The notes under the pieces were generated by a model. It was not told the origin of the DNA and ran no database searches. It saw only the letters and a program-made list of their open reading frames with translations. From NCBI GenBank assembly GCA_964016885.1, contig OZ024741.1, forward strand, positions 405,046,001 to 405,110,000: a DNA stretch of 64,000 nt. Reading direction: 5' to 3'. The translations under genes and the position numbers were made by a program. Source of the stretch: Eledone cirrhosa. Its lineage: Eukaryota. Below are positions 46,101-61,994 of this stretch, piece by piece (positions within the stretch are counted from its first letter, which is position 1; every line of letters starts with the position of its first letter).

Positions 46101-49100
46101 TATAATGAATTGTGACAACATTCACAACTATTTTATAATGAATTGTGACAATCTTCACAACTATTTTATAATTAATTGTGACAACCTTCACAACTATTTT
46201 ACAATTATTTGTGACAACCTTCACAACTATTTTATAATGAATTGTGACAACCTTCACAACTATTTTATAATTAATTGTGACAAACCTTCACAACTATTTT
46301 ATAATGAATTGTGACAACCTTCACAACTATTTTATAATTAATTGTGACAACCTTCACAACTATTTTATAATGAATTGTGACAACCTTCACAACTATTTTA
46401 TAATGAATTGTGACAACATTCACAACTATTTTATAGTTAATTTTTTCAGCTTTTCACAACTATTTTATAATGAATTGTGACAACCTTCACAACTTTTTAA
46501 TAATGTATTGTGACAACCTTCACAACTATTTTATAATTAATTGTGACAACCTTCACAACTACTTTATAACTAATTTTTACAGCTTTTCACAACTATTTTA
46601 TAATTAATTGTGACAACCTTCACAACTATTTTATAATTAATTGTGACAACCTTCACAATTATTTTATAATTAATTTTTAAAGATTTTCACAACTATTTTA
46701 TAATTAATTGTGACAACCTTCACAACTATTTTATAATTAATTTTTACAGCTTTTCACAACTATTTTATAATTAATTGTGACAACCTTCACAACTATTTTA
46801 TAATTAATTTTTACATCATTTCATAACTATTTTATAATGAATTGTGACAACCTTCACAACTATTTTATAATTAATTTTTACAGCATTTCACAACTATTTT
46901 ATAATTAATTGTGACAACCTTCACAACTATTTTATAATTATATTTTTCAGCTTTTCACAACTATTTTATAATGAACTGTGACAACCTTCACAACTATTTT
47001 ATAATGAATTGTGACAACCTTCACAACTATTTTATAATGAATTGTGACAACCTTCACAACTATTTTATAATTAATTTTTACAGCTTTTCACAACTATTTT
47101 ATAATTAATTGTGACAACCTTCACAACTATTTTATAATGAATTGTGACAACCTTCACAACTATTTTATAATGAATTGTGACAACCTTCACAACTATTTTA
47201 TAATGAATTGTGACAACATTCACAACTATTTTATAATTAATTTTTTCAGATTTTCACAACTATTTTATAATGAATTGTGACAACCTTCACAACTATTTTA
47301 TAATGAATTGTGACAACCTTCACAACTATTTTATAATGAATTGTGACAACATTCACAACTATGTTATAATTAATTGTGACAACCTTCACAACTACTTTAT
47401 AATTAATTTTTACAGCTTTTCACAACTATTTTATAATTAATTGTGACAACCTTCACAACTATTTTATAATTAATTGTGACAACCTTCACAACTATTTTAT
47501 AATTAATTGTGACAACCTTCACAACTATTTTATAATTAATTTTTAAAGATTTTCAAAACTATTTTATAATTAATTGTGACAACCTTCACAACTATTTTAT
47601 AATTAATTGTGACAACCTTCACAACTATGTTATAATTAATTTTTACAGCTTTTCACAACTATTTTATAATTAATTGTGACAACCTTCACAACTATTTTAT
47701 AATTAATTTTTACAGCATTTCACAACTATTTTATAATGAATTGTGACAACCTTCACAACTATTTTATAATTAATTTTTACAGCTTTTCACAACTATTTTA
47801 TAATTAATTGTGACAACCTTCAAAACTATTTTATAATTAATTGTGACAACCTTCATAACTATTTTATAATTTATTTTTACTGCTTTTCACAACTATTTTA
47901 TAAATAATTGTGACAACATTCACAACTATTTTATAATTAATTTTTACAGCTTTTCACAACTATTTTATAATGAATTGTGACAACCTTCACAACTATTTTA
48001 TAATTAATTTTTTCAGCTTTTCACAACTATTTTATAATGAACTGTGACAACCTTCACAACTATTTTATAATGAATTGTGACAACCTTCACAATTATTTTA
48101 TAATTAATTTTTACAGATTTTCACAACTATTTTATAATTAATTGTGACAACCTTCACAACTATTTTATAATGAATTGTGACAACCTTCACAACTATTTTA
48201 CAATTAATTGTGACAACCTTCGCAACAATTTTATAATGAATTGTGACAACCTTTACAACTATTGTATAATTAATTGTGACAACCTTCACAACTATTTTAT
48301 AATGAATTGTGACAACCTTCACAACTATTTTATAATGAATTGTGACAACCTTCACAACTATTTTATTATTAATTGTGACAACCTTCAAAACTATTTTATA
48401 ATGAATTGTGACAACATTCACAACTATTTTATAATGAATTGTGACAACCTTCACAACTATTTTATAATTAATTGTGACAACATTCACAACTATTTTATAA
48501 TGAATTGTGACAACCTTCACAAATATTTTATAATGAATTGTGACAACCTTCACAACTATTTTATAATTAATTGTGACAACCTTCACAACTATTTTATAAT
48601 GAATCGTGACAACCTTCACAACTATTTTATAATGAATTGTGACACCCTTCACAACTATTTTATAATTAATTGTGACAACCTTCACAAATATTTTATAATG
48701 AATTGTGACAACATTCACAACTATTTTATAATTAATTGTGACAACCTTCACAACTATTTTATAATTAATTTTTACAGCTTTTCACAACTATTTTATAATG
48801 AATTGTGACAACATTCACAACTATTTTATAATGAATTGTGACAATCTTCACAACTATTTTATAATTAATTGTGACAACCTTCACAACTATTTTATAATGA
48901 ATTGTGACAACCTTCACAACTATTTTATAATTAATTGTGACAAACCTTCACAACTATTTTATAATGAATTGTGACAACCTTCAAAACTATTTTATAATGA
49001 ATTGTGACAACATTCACAACTATTTTATAGTTAATTTTTTCAGCTTTTCACAACTATTTTATAATGAATTGTGACAACCTTCACAACTTTTTAATAATGA

Positions 49101-49658
49101 ATTGTGACAACCTTCACAACTATTTTATAATTAATTGTGACAACCTTCACAACTACTTTATAAATAATTTTTACAGCTTTTCACAACTATTTTATAATTA
49201 ATTGTGACAACCTTCACAACTATTTTATAATTAATTGTGACAACCTTCACAATTATTTTATAATTAATTTTTAAAGATTTTCACAACTATTTTATAATTA
49301 ATTGTGACAACCTTCACAACTATTTTATAATTAATTTTTACAGCTTTTCACAACTATTTTATAATTAATTGTGACAACCTTCACAACTATTTTATAATTA
49401 ATTTTTACATCATTTCATAACTATTTTATAATGAATTGTGACAACCTTCACAACTATTTTATAATTAATTTTTACAGCATTTCACAACTATTTTATAATT
49501 AATTGTGACAACCTTCACAACTATTTTATAATTATATTTTTCAGCTTTTCACAACTATTTTATAATGAACTGTGACAACCTTCACAACTATTTTATAATG
49601 AATTGTGACAACCTTCACAACTATTTTATAATGAATTGTGACAACCTTCACAACTATT
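22131..49658 (+). repeat. Macro-repeat copy 2 (apparently complete, ~27.5 kb)
   Basis: 27460-49658 matches 1-22133. The offset steps 27,459 > 27,492 (13500/40992) > 27,525 (20579/48104), and identity ends at 22134 vs 49659. Assigning 22131-27459 to this copy is an inference. Confidence 0.85.
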
Positions 49659-51800
49659 TTATAATTAATTTTTACAGCTTTTCACAACTATTTTATAATT
49701 AATTGTGACAACCTTCACAACTATTTTATAATGAATTGTGACAACCTTCACAACTATTTTATAATGAATTGTGACAACCTTCACAACTATTTTATAATGA
49801 ATTGTGACAACATTCACAACTATTTTATAATTAATTTTTTCAGATTTTCACAACTATTTTATAATGAATTGTGACAACCTTCACAACTATTTTATAATGA
49901 ATTGTGACAACCTTCACAACTATTTTATAATGAATTGTGACAACATTCACAACTATGTTATAATTAATTGTGACAACCTTCACAACTACTTTATAATTAA
50001 TTTTTACAGCTTTTCACAACTATTTTATAATTAATTGTGACAACCTTCACAACTATTTTATAATTAATTGTGACAACCTTCACAACTATTTTATAATTAA
50101 TTGTGACAACCTTCACAACTATTTTATAATTAATTTTTAAAGATTTTCAAAACTATTTTATAATTAATTGTGACAACCTTCACAACTATTTTATAATTAA
50201 TTGTGACAACCTTCACAACTATGTTATAATTAATTTTTACAGCTTTTCACAACTATTTTATAATTAATTGTGACAACCTTCACAACTATTTTATAATTAA
50301 TTTTTACAGCATTTCACAACTATTTTATAATGAATTGTGACAACCTTCACAACTATTTTATAATTAATTTTTACAGCTTTTCACAACTATTTTATAATTA
50401 ATTGTGACAACCTTCAAAACTATTTTATAATTAATTGTGACAACCTTCATAACTATTTTATAATTTATTTTTACTGCTTTTCACAACTATTTTATAAATA
50501 ATTGTGACAACATTCACAACTATTTTATAATTAATTTTTACAGCTTTTCACAACTATTTTATAATGAATTGTGACAACCTTCACAACTATTTTATAATTA
50601 ATTTTTTCAGCTTTTCACAACTATTTTATAATGAACTGTGACAACCTTCACAACTATTTTATAATGAATTGTGACAACCTTCACAATTATTTTATAATTA
50701 ATTTTTACAGATTTTCACAACTATTTTATAATTAATTGTGACAACCTTCACAACTATTTTATAATGAATTGTGACAACCTTCACAACTATTTTACAATTA
50801 ATTGTGACAACCTTCGCAACAATTTTATAATGAATTGTGACAACCTTTACAACTATTGTATAATTAATTGTGACAACCTTCACAACTATTTTATAATGAA
50901 TTGTGACAACCTTCACAACTATTTTATAATGAATTGTGACAACCTTCACAACTATTTTATTATTAATTGTGACAACCTTCAAAACTATTTTATAATGAAT
51001 TGTGACAACATTCACAACTATTTTATAATGAATTGTGACAACCTTCACAACTATTTTATAATTAATTGTGACAACATTCACAACTATTTTATAATGAATT
51101 GTGACAACCTTCACAAATATTTTATAATGAATTGTGACAACCTTCACAACTATTTTATAATTAATTGTGACAACCTTCACAACTATTTTATAATGAATCG
51201 TGACAACCTTCACAACTATTTTATAATGAATTGTGACACCCTTCACAACTATTTTATAATTAATTGTGACAACCTTCACAAATATTTTATAATGAATTGT
51301 GACAACATTCACAACTATTTTATAATTAATTGTGACAACCTTCACAACTATTTTATAATTAATTTTTACAGCTTTTCACAACTATTTTATAATGAATTGT
51401 GACAACATTCACAACTATTTTATAATGAATTGTGACAATCTTCACAACTATTTTATAATTAATTGTGACAACCTTCACAACTATTTTATAATGAATTGTG
51501 ACAACCTTCACAACTATTTTATAATTAATTGTGACAAACCTTCACAACTATTTTATAATGAATTGTGACAACCTTCAAAACTATTTTATAATGAATTGTG
51601 ACAACATTCACAACTATTTTATAGTTAATTTTTTCAGCTTTTCACATCTATTTTATAATGAATTGTGACAACCTTCACAACTTTTTAATAATGAATTGTG
51701 ACAACCTTCACAACTATTTTATAATTAATTGTGACAACCTTCACAACTACTTTATAAATAATTTTTACAGCTTTTCACAACTATTTTATAATTAATTGTG
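46571..51800 (+). repeat. 2,594-bp tandem higher-order duplication
   Basis: Identical 215-aa ORF translations at 48104/50698. ACATCATTTCATA occurs at 46813/49407 and TAATTTATTTTTACTG at ~47870/~50464. Confidence 0.88.
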
Positions 51801-54535
51801 ACAACCTTCACAAGTATTTTATAATTAATTGTGACAACCTTCACAACTATTTTATAATTAATTTTTAAAGATTTTCACAACTATTTTATAATTAATTGTG
51901 ACAACCTTCACAACTATTTTATAATTAATTTTTACAGCTTTTCACAACTATTTTATAATTAATTGTGACAACCTTCACAACTATTTTATAATGAATTGTG
52001 ACAACCTTCACAACTATTTTACAATTAATTGTGACAACCTTCGCAACAATTTTATAATGAATTGTGACAACCTTTACAACTATTGTATAATTAATTGTGA
52101 CAACCTTCACAACTATTTTATAATGAATTGTGACAACCTTCACAACTATTTTATAATGAATTGTGACAACCTTCACAACTATTTTATTATTAATTGTGAC
52201 AACCTTCAAAACTATTTTATAATGAATTGTGACAACATTCACAACTATTTTATAATGAATTGTGACAACCTTCACAACTATTTTATAATTAATTGTGACA
52301 ACATTCACAACTATTTTATAATGAATTGTGACAACCTTCACAAATATTTTATAATGAATTGTGACAACCTTCACAACTATTTTATAATTAATTTTTACAG
52401 CTTTTCACAACTATTTTATAATTAATTGTGACAACCTTCACAACTATTTTATAATTAATTTTTACAGCATTTCACAACTATTTTATAATGAATTGTGACA
52501 ACCTTCACAACTATTTTATAATTAATTTTTACAGCTTTTCACAACTATTTTATAATTAATTGTGACAACCTTCAAAACTATTTTATAATTAATTGTGACA
52601 ACCTTCATAACTATTTTATAATTTATTTTTACTGCTTTTCACAACTATTTTATAAATAATTGTGACAACATTCACAACTATTTTATAATTAATTTTTACA
52701 GCTTTTCACAACTATTTTATAATGAATTGTGACAACCTTCACAACTATTTTATAATTAATTTTTTCAGCTTTTCACAACTATTTTATAATGAACTGTGAC
52801 AACCTTCACAACTATTTTATAATGAATTGTGACAACCTTCACAATTATTTTATAATTAATTTTTACAGATTTTCACAACTATTTTATAATTAATTGTGAC
52901 AACCTTCACAACTATTTTATAATGAATTGTGACAACCTTCACAACTATTTTACAATTAATTGTGACAACCTTCGCAACAATTTTATAATGAATTGTGACA
53001 ACCTTTACAACTATTGTATAATTAATTGTGACAACCTTCACAACTATTTTATAATGAATTGTGACAACCTTCACAACTATTTTATAATGAATTGTGATAA
53101 CCTTCACAACTATTTTATTATTAATTGTGACAACCTTCAAAACTATTTTATAATGAATTGTGACAACATTCACAACTATTTTATAATGAATTGTGACAAC
53201 CTTCACAACTATTTTATAATTAATTGTGACAACATTCACAACTATTTTATAATGAATTGTGACAACCTTCACAAATATTTTATAATGAATTGTGACAACC
53301 TTCACAACTATTTTATAATTAATTGTGACAACCTTCACAACTATTTTATAATGAATCGTGACAACCTTCACAACTATTTTATAATGAATTGTGACACCCT
53401 TCACAACTATTTTATAATTAATTGTGACAACCTTCACAAATATTTTATAATGAATTGTGACAACATTCACAACTATTTTATAATTAATTGTGACAACCTT
53501 CACAACTATTTTATAATTAATTTTTACAGCTTTTCACAACTATTTTATAATGAATTGTGACAACATTCACAACTATTTTATAATGAATTGTGACAATCTT
53601 CACAACTATTTTATAATTAATTGTGACAACCTTCACAACTATTTTATAATGAATTGTGACAACCTTCACAACTATTTTATAATTAATTGTGACAAACCTT
53701 CACAACTATTTTATAATGAATTGTGACAACCTTCAAAACTATTTTATAATGAATTGTGACAACATTCACAACTATTTTATAGTTAATTTTTTCAGCTTTT
53801 CACAACTATTTTATAATGAATTGTGACAACCTTCACAACTTTTTAATAATGAATTGTGACAACCTTCACAACTATTTTATAATTAATTGTGACAACCTTC
53901 ACAACTACTTTATAAATAATTTTTACAGCTTTTCACAACTATTTTATAATTAATTGTGACAACCTTCACAAGTATTTTATAATTAATTGTGACAACCTTC
54001 ACAACTATTTTATAATTAATTTTTAAAGATTTTCACAACTATTTTATAATTAATTGTGACAACCTTCACAACTATTTTATAATTAATTTTTACAGCTTTT
54101 CACAACTATTTTATAATTAATTGTGACAACCTTCACAACTATTTTATAATGAATTGTGACAACCTTCACAACTATTTTACAATTAATTGTGACAACCTTC
54201 GCAACAATTTTATAATGAATTGTGACAACCTTTACAACTATTGTATAATTAATTGTGACAACCTTCACAACTATTTTATAATGAATTGTGACAACCTTCA
54301 CAACTATTTTATAATGAATTGTGACAACCTTCACAACTATTTTATTATTAATTGTGACAACCTTCAAAACTATTTTATAATGAATTGTGACAACATTCAC
54401 AACTATTTTATAATGAATTGTGACAACCTTCACAACTATTTTATAATTAATTGTGACAACATTCACAACTATTTTATAATGAATTGTGACAACCTTCACA
54501 AATATTTTATAATGAATTGTGACAACCTTCACAAC
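50220..54535 (+). repeat. 2,158-bp tandem duplication with nested 1,227-bp repeat
   Basis: ORF offsets 50698/52856 and 51925/54083 equal 2,158, and 50698/51925 and 52856/54083 equal 1,227. CACAAGTAT marker at ~51812/~53970. Confidence 0.85.
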
Positions 54536-57500
54536 TATTTTATAATTAATTGTGACAACCTTCACAACTATTTTATAATGAATCGTGACAACCTTCACAA
54601 CTATTTTATAATGAATTGTGACACCCTTCACAACTATTTTATAATTAATTGTGACAACCTTCACAAATATTTTATAATGAATTGTGACAACATTCACAAC
54701 TATTTTATAATTAATTGTGACAACCTTCACAACTATTTTATAATTAATTTTTACAGCTTTTCACAACTATTTTATAATGAATTGTGACAACATTCACAAC
54801 TATTTTATAATGAATTGTGACAATCTTCACAACTATTTTATAATTAATTGTGACAACCTTCACAACTATTTTACAATTAATTGTGACAACCTTCACAACT
54901 ATTTTATAATGAATTGTGACAACCTTCACAACTATTTTATAATTAATTGTGACAAACCTTCACAACTATTTTATAATGAATTGTGACAACCTTCAAAACT
55001 ATTTTATAATGAATTGTGACAACATTCACAACTATTTTATAGTTAATTTTTTCAGCTTTTCACAACTATTTTATAATGAATTGTGACAACCTTCACAACT
55101 TTTTAATAATGAATTGTGACAACCTTCACAACTATTTTATAATTAATTGTGACAACCTTCACAACTACTTTATAAATAATTTTTACAGCTTTTCACAACT
55201 ATTTTATAATTAATTGTGACAACCTTCACAAGTATTTTATAATTAATTGTGACAACCTTCACAACTATTTTATAATTAATTTTTAAAGATTTTCACAACT
55301 ATTTTATAATTAATTGTGACAACCTTCACAACTATTTTATAATTAATTTTTACAGCATTTCACAACTATTTTATAATGAATTGTGACAACCTTCACAACT
55401 ATTTTATAATTAATTTTTACAGCATTTCACAACTATTTTATAATGAATTGTGACAACCTTCACAACTATTTTATAATGAATTGTGACAACCTTCACAACT
55501 ATTTTATAATTAATTTTTACAGCTTTTCACAACTATTTTATAATTAATTGTGACAACCTTCACAACTATTTTATAATTAATTGTGACAACCTTCACAACT
55601 ATTTTATAATTAATTTTTACAGATTTTCACAACTATTTTATAATTAATTGTGACAACCTTCACAACTATTTTATAATGAATTGTGACAACCTTCACAAAC
55701 TATTTTATAATTAATTTTTACAGATTTTCACAACTATTTTATAATTAATTGTGACAACATTCACAACTATTTTATAATGAATTGTGACAATCTTCACAAC
55801 TATTTTATAATTAATTGTGACAACCTTCACAAATATTTTACAATTAATTGTGACAACCTTCACAACTATTTTATAATGAATTGTGACAACCTTCACAACT
55901 ATTTTATAATTAATTGTGACAAACCTTCACAACTATTTTATAATGAATTGTGACAACCTTCAAAACTATTTTATAATGAATTGTGACAACATTCACAACT
56001 ATTTTATAGTTAATTTTTTCAGCTTTTCACAACTATTTTATAATGAATTGTGACAACCTTCACAACTTTTTAATAATGAATTGTGACAACCTTCACAACT
56101 ATTTTATAATTAATTGTGACAACCTTCACAACTACTTTATAAATAATTTTTACAGCTTTTCACAACTATTTTATAATTAATTGTGACAACCTTCCCAACT
56201 ATTTTATAATTAATTTTTAAAGATTTTCACAAGTATTTTATAATTAATTGTGACAACCTTCACAACTATTTTATAATTAATTTTTACAGCTTTTCACAAC
56301 TATTTTATAATTAATTGTGACAACCTTCCCAACTATTTTATAATTAATTTTTACAGCATTTCACAACTATTTTATAATGAATTGTGACAACCTTCACAAC
56401 TATTTTATAATTAATTTTTACAGCATTTCACAACTATTTTATAATTAATTGTGACAACCTTCACAACTATTTTATAATTAATTTTTTCAGCTTTTCACAA
56501 CTATTTTATAATGAACTGTGACAACCTTCACAACTATTTTATAATGAATTGTGACAACCTTCACAACTATTTTATAATTAATTTTTACAGCTTTTCACAA
56601 CTATTTTATAATTAATTGTGACAACCTTCACAACTATTTTATAATTAATTGTGACAACCTTCACAACTATTTTATAATTAATTTTTACAGATTTTCACAA
56701 CTATTTTATAATTAATTTTTACAGATTTTCACAACTATTTTATAATTAAATGTGACAACCTTCACAACTATTTTATAATTAATTGTGACAACCTTCACAA
56801 CTATTTTATAATTAATTGTTACAGATTTTCACAACTATTTTATAATTAATTGTGACAACCTTCACAACTATTTTATAATGAATTGTGACAACCTTCACAA
56901 CTATTTTATAATTAATTTTTACAGCTTTTCACAACTATTTTATAATTAATTGTGACAACCTTCACAACTATTTAATAATTAATTTTTTCGGCTTTTCACA
57001 ACTATTTTATAATGAACTGTGACAACCTTCACAACTATTTTATAATGAATTGTGACAACCTTCACAACTATTTTATAATGAATTGTGACAACCTTCACAA
57101 ATATTTTATAATTAATTTTTACAGCTTTTCACAACTATTTTATAATTAATTGTGACAACCTTCACAACTATTTCATATTAATTGTGACAACCTTCACAAC
57201 TATTTTATAATTAATTTTTACAGATTTTCACAACTATTTTATAATTAATTGTGACAAACTTCACAACTATTTTATAATTAATTTTTACAGCTTTTCACAA
57301 CTATTTTATAATTAATAATTAATTATGACAACCTTCACAACTATTTTATAATTAATTGTGACAACCTTCACAACTATTTTATAATGAATTGTGACAACCT
57401 TCACAATTATTTTATAATTAATTTTTACAGCTTTTCAGAACTATTTTATAATTAATTGTGACAACCTTCACAACTATTTTATAATTAATTGTGACAACCT

Positions 57501-57540
57501 TCACAACTATTTTATAATTAATCGTGACAACCTTCACAAC

Positions 57541-60500
57541 TATTTTATAATTGATTTTTACAGCTTTTCACAACTATTTTATAATTAATTGTGACAACCT
57601 TCACAACTATTTTATAATTAATTGTGACAAACTTCACAACTATTTTATAATGAATTGTGACAACCTTCACAACTATTTTACAATTAATTGTGACAACCTT
57701 CGCAACAATTTTATAATGAATTGTGACAACCTTCGCAACTATTTTATAATTAATTGTGACAACCTTCACAACTATTTTATAATGAATTGTGACAACCTTC
57801 ACAACTATTATATAATGAATTGTGACAACCTTCACAACTATTTTATTATTAATTGTGACAACCTTCAAAACTATTTTATAATGAATTGTGACAACATTCA
57901 CAACTATTTTATAATGAATTGTGACAACCTTCACAACTATTTTATAATTAATTGTGACAACATTCACAACTATTTTATAATGAATTGTGACAACCTTCAC
58001 AACTATTTTATAATGAATTGTGACAACCTTCACAACTATTTTATAATTAATTGTGACAACCTTCACAACTATTTTATAATGAATCGTGACAACCTTCACA
58101 ACTATTTTATAATGAATTGTGACACCCTTCACAACTATTTTATAATTAATTGTGACAACCTTCACAACTATTTTATAATGAATTGTGACAATCTTCACAA
58201 CAATTTTATAATTAATTGTGACAACCTTCACAACTATTTTACAATTAATTGTGACAACCTTCACAACTATTTTATAATGAATTGTGACAACCTTCACAAC
58301 TATTTTATAATTAATTGTGACAAACCTTCACAACTATTTTATAATGAATTGTGACAACATTCACAACTATTTTATAGTTAATTTTTTCAGCTTTTCACAA
58401 CTATTTTATAATGAATTGTGACAACCTTCACAACTTTTTAATAATGAATTGTGACAACCTCCACAACTATTTTATAATTAATTGTGACAACCTTCACAAC
58501 TACTTTATAAATAATTTTTACAGCTTTTCACAACTATTTTATAATTAATTGTGACAACCTTCACAACTATTTTATAATTAATTGTGACAACCTTCACAAC
58601 TATTTTATAATTAATTTTTAAAGATTTTCACAACTATTTTATAATTAATTGTGACAACCTTCACAACTATTTTATAATTAATTTTTACAGCTTTTCACAA
58701 CTATTTTATAATTAATTGTGACAACCTTCACAACTATTTTATGATTAATTTTTACAGCAATTCACAACTATTTTATAATTAATTGTGACAACCTTCACAA
58801 CTATTTTATAATTAATTTTTTCAGCTTTTCACAACTATTTCATAATGAACTGTGACAACCTTCACAACTATTTTATAATGAATTGTGACAACCTTCACAA
58901 CTATTTTATAATGAATTGTGACAACCTTCACAACTATTTTATAATTAATTTTTACAGCTTTTCACAACTATTTTATAATTAATTGTGACAACCTTCACAA
59001 CTATTTTATAATTAATTGTGACAACCTTCACAACTATTTTATAATTAATTTTTACAGATTTTCACAACTATTTTATAATTAATTGTGACAACCTTCACAA
59101 CTATTTTATAATGAATTGTGACAACCTTCACAAACTATTTTATAATTAATTTTTACAGATTTTCACAACTATTTTATAATGAATTGTGACAACCTTCACA
59201 ACTATTTTATAAATAATTTTTACAGCTTTTCACAACTATTTTATAATTAATTGTGACAACCTTCACAACTATTTTATAATTAATCGTGACAACCTTCACA
59301 ACTATTTTATAATTGATTTTTACAGCTTTTCACAACTATTTTATAATTAATTGTGACAACCTTCACAACTATTTTATAATTAATTGTGACAACCTTCACA
59401 ACTATTTTATAATTAATTTTTACAGCTTTTCACAACTATTTTATAATGAATTGTGACAACATTCACAACTATTTTATAATGAATTGTGACAATCTTCACA
59501 AATATTTTATAATTAATTGTGACAACCTTCACAACTATTTTACAATTAATTGTGACAACCTTCACAACTATTTTATAATGAATTGTGACAACCTTCACAA
59601 CTATTTTATAATTAATTGTGACAACCTTCACAACTATTTTATAATGAATTGTGACAACCTTCACAACTATTTTATAATGAATTGTGACAACATTCACAAC
59701 TATTTTATAGTTAATTTTTTCAGCTTTTCACAACTATTTTATAATGAATTGTGACAACCTTCACAACTTTTTAATAATGAATTGTGACAACCTTCACAAC
59801 TATTTTATAATTGATTTTTACAGCTTTTCACAACTATTTTATAATTAATTGTGACAACCTTCACAACTATTTTATAATTAATTGTGACAAACTTCACAAC
59901 TATTTTATAATGAATTGTGACAACCTTCACAACTATTTTACAATTAATTGTGACAACCTTCGCAACAATTTTATAATGAATTGTGACAACCTTCGCAACT
60001 ATTTTATAATTAATTGTGACAACCTTCACAACTATTTTATAATGAATTGTGACAACCTTCACAACTATTATATAATGAATTGTGACAACCTTCACAACTA
60101 TTTTATTATTAATTGTGACAACCTTCAAAACTATTTTATAATGAATTGTGACAACATTAACAACTATTTTATAATGAATTGTGACAACCTTCACAACTAT
60201 TTTATAATTAATTGTGACAACATTCACAACTATTTTATAATGAATTGTGACAACCTTCACAGCTATTTTATAATGAATTGTGACAACCTTCACAACTATT
60301 TTATAATTAATTGTGACAACCTTCACAACTATTTTATAATGAATCGTGACAACCTTCACAACTATTTTATAATGAATTGTGACACCCTTCACAACTATTT
60401 TATAATTAATTGTGACAACCTTCACAACTATTTTATAATGAATTGTGACAATCTTCACAACAATTTTATAATTAATTGTGACAACCTTCACAACTATTTT

Positions 60501-61994
60501 ACAATTAATTGTGACAACCTTCACAACTATTTTATAATGAATTGTGACAACCTTCACAACTATTTTATAATTAATTGTGACAAACCTTCACAACTATTTT
60601 ATAATGAATTGTGACAACATTCACAACTATTTTATAGTTAATTTTTTCAGCTTTTCACAACTATTTTATAATGAATTGTGACAACCTTCACAACTTTTTA
60701 ATAATGAATTGTGACAACCTCCACAACTATTTTATAATTAATTGTGACAACCTTCACAACTACTTTATAAATAATTTTTACAGCTTTTCACAACTATTTT
60801 ATAATTAATTGTGACAACCTTCACAACTATTTTATAATTAATTGTGACAACCTTCACAACTATTTTATAATTAATTTTTAAAGATTTTCACAACTATTTT
60901 ATAATTAATTGTGACAACCTTCACAACTATTTTATAATTAATTTTTACAGCTTTTCACAACTATTTTATAATTAATTGTGACAACCTTCACAACTATTTT
61001 ATGATTAATTTTTACAGCAATTCACAACTATTTTATAATTAATTGTGACAACCTTCACAACTATTTTATAATTAATTTTTTCAGCTTTTCACAACTATTT
61101 CATAATGAACTGTGACAACCTTCACAACTATTTTATAATGAATTGTGACAACCTTCACAACTATTTTATAATGAATTGTGACAACCTTCACAACTATTTT
61201 ATAATTAATTTTTACAGCTTTTCACAACTATTTTATAATTAATTGTGACAACCTTCACAACTATTTTATAATTAATTGTGACAACCTTCACAACTATTTT
61301 ATAATTAATTTTTACAGATTTTCACAACTATTTTATAATTAATTGTGACAACCTTCACAACTATTTTATAATGAATTGTGACAACCTTCACAAACTATTT
61401 TATAATTAATTTTTACAGATTTTCACAACTATTTTATAATGAATTGTGACAACCTTCACAACTATTTTATAAATAATTTTTACAGCTTTTCACAACTATT
61501 TTATAATTAATTGTGACAACCTTCACAACTATTTTATAATTAATCGTGACAACCTTCACAACTATTTTATAATTGATTTTTACAGCTTTTCACAACTATT
61601 TTATAATTAATTGTGACAACCTTCACAACTATTTTATAATTAATTGTGACAACCTTCACAACTATTTTATAATTAATTTTTACAGCTTTTCACAACTATT
61701 TTATAATGAATTGTGACAACATTCACAACTATTTTATAATGAATTGTGACAATCTTCACAAATATTTTATAATTAATTGTGACAACCTTCACAACTATTT
61801 TACAATTAATTGTGACAACCTTCACAACTATTTTATAATGAATTGTGACAACCTTCACAACTATTTTATAATGAATTGTGACAACATTCACAACTATTTT
61901 ATAGTTAATTTTTTCAGCTTTTCACAACTATTTTATAATGAATTGTGACAACCTTCACAACTTTTTAATAATGAATTGTGACAACCTTCACAAC
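57541..61994 (+). repeat. 2,260-bp tandem duplication; second copy is two monomers shorter
   Basis: ORF offsets 57545/59805 and 59413/61673 (94 vs 72 aa). Shared private variants CCTCCACAA, TATGATT, CAGCAATT and CACAAACTAT. Confidence 0.88.
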
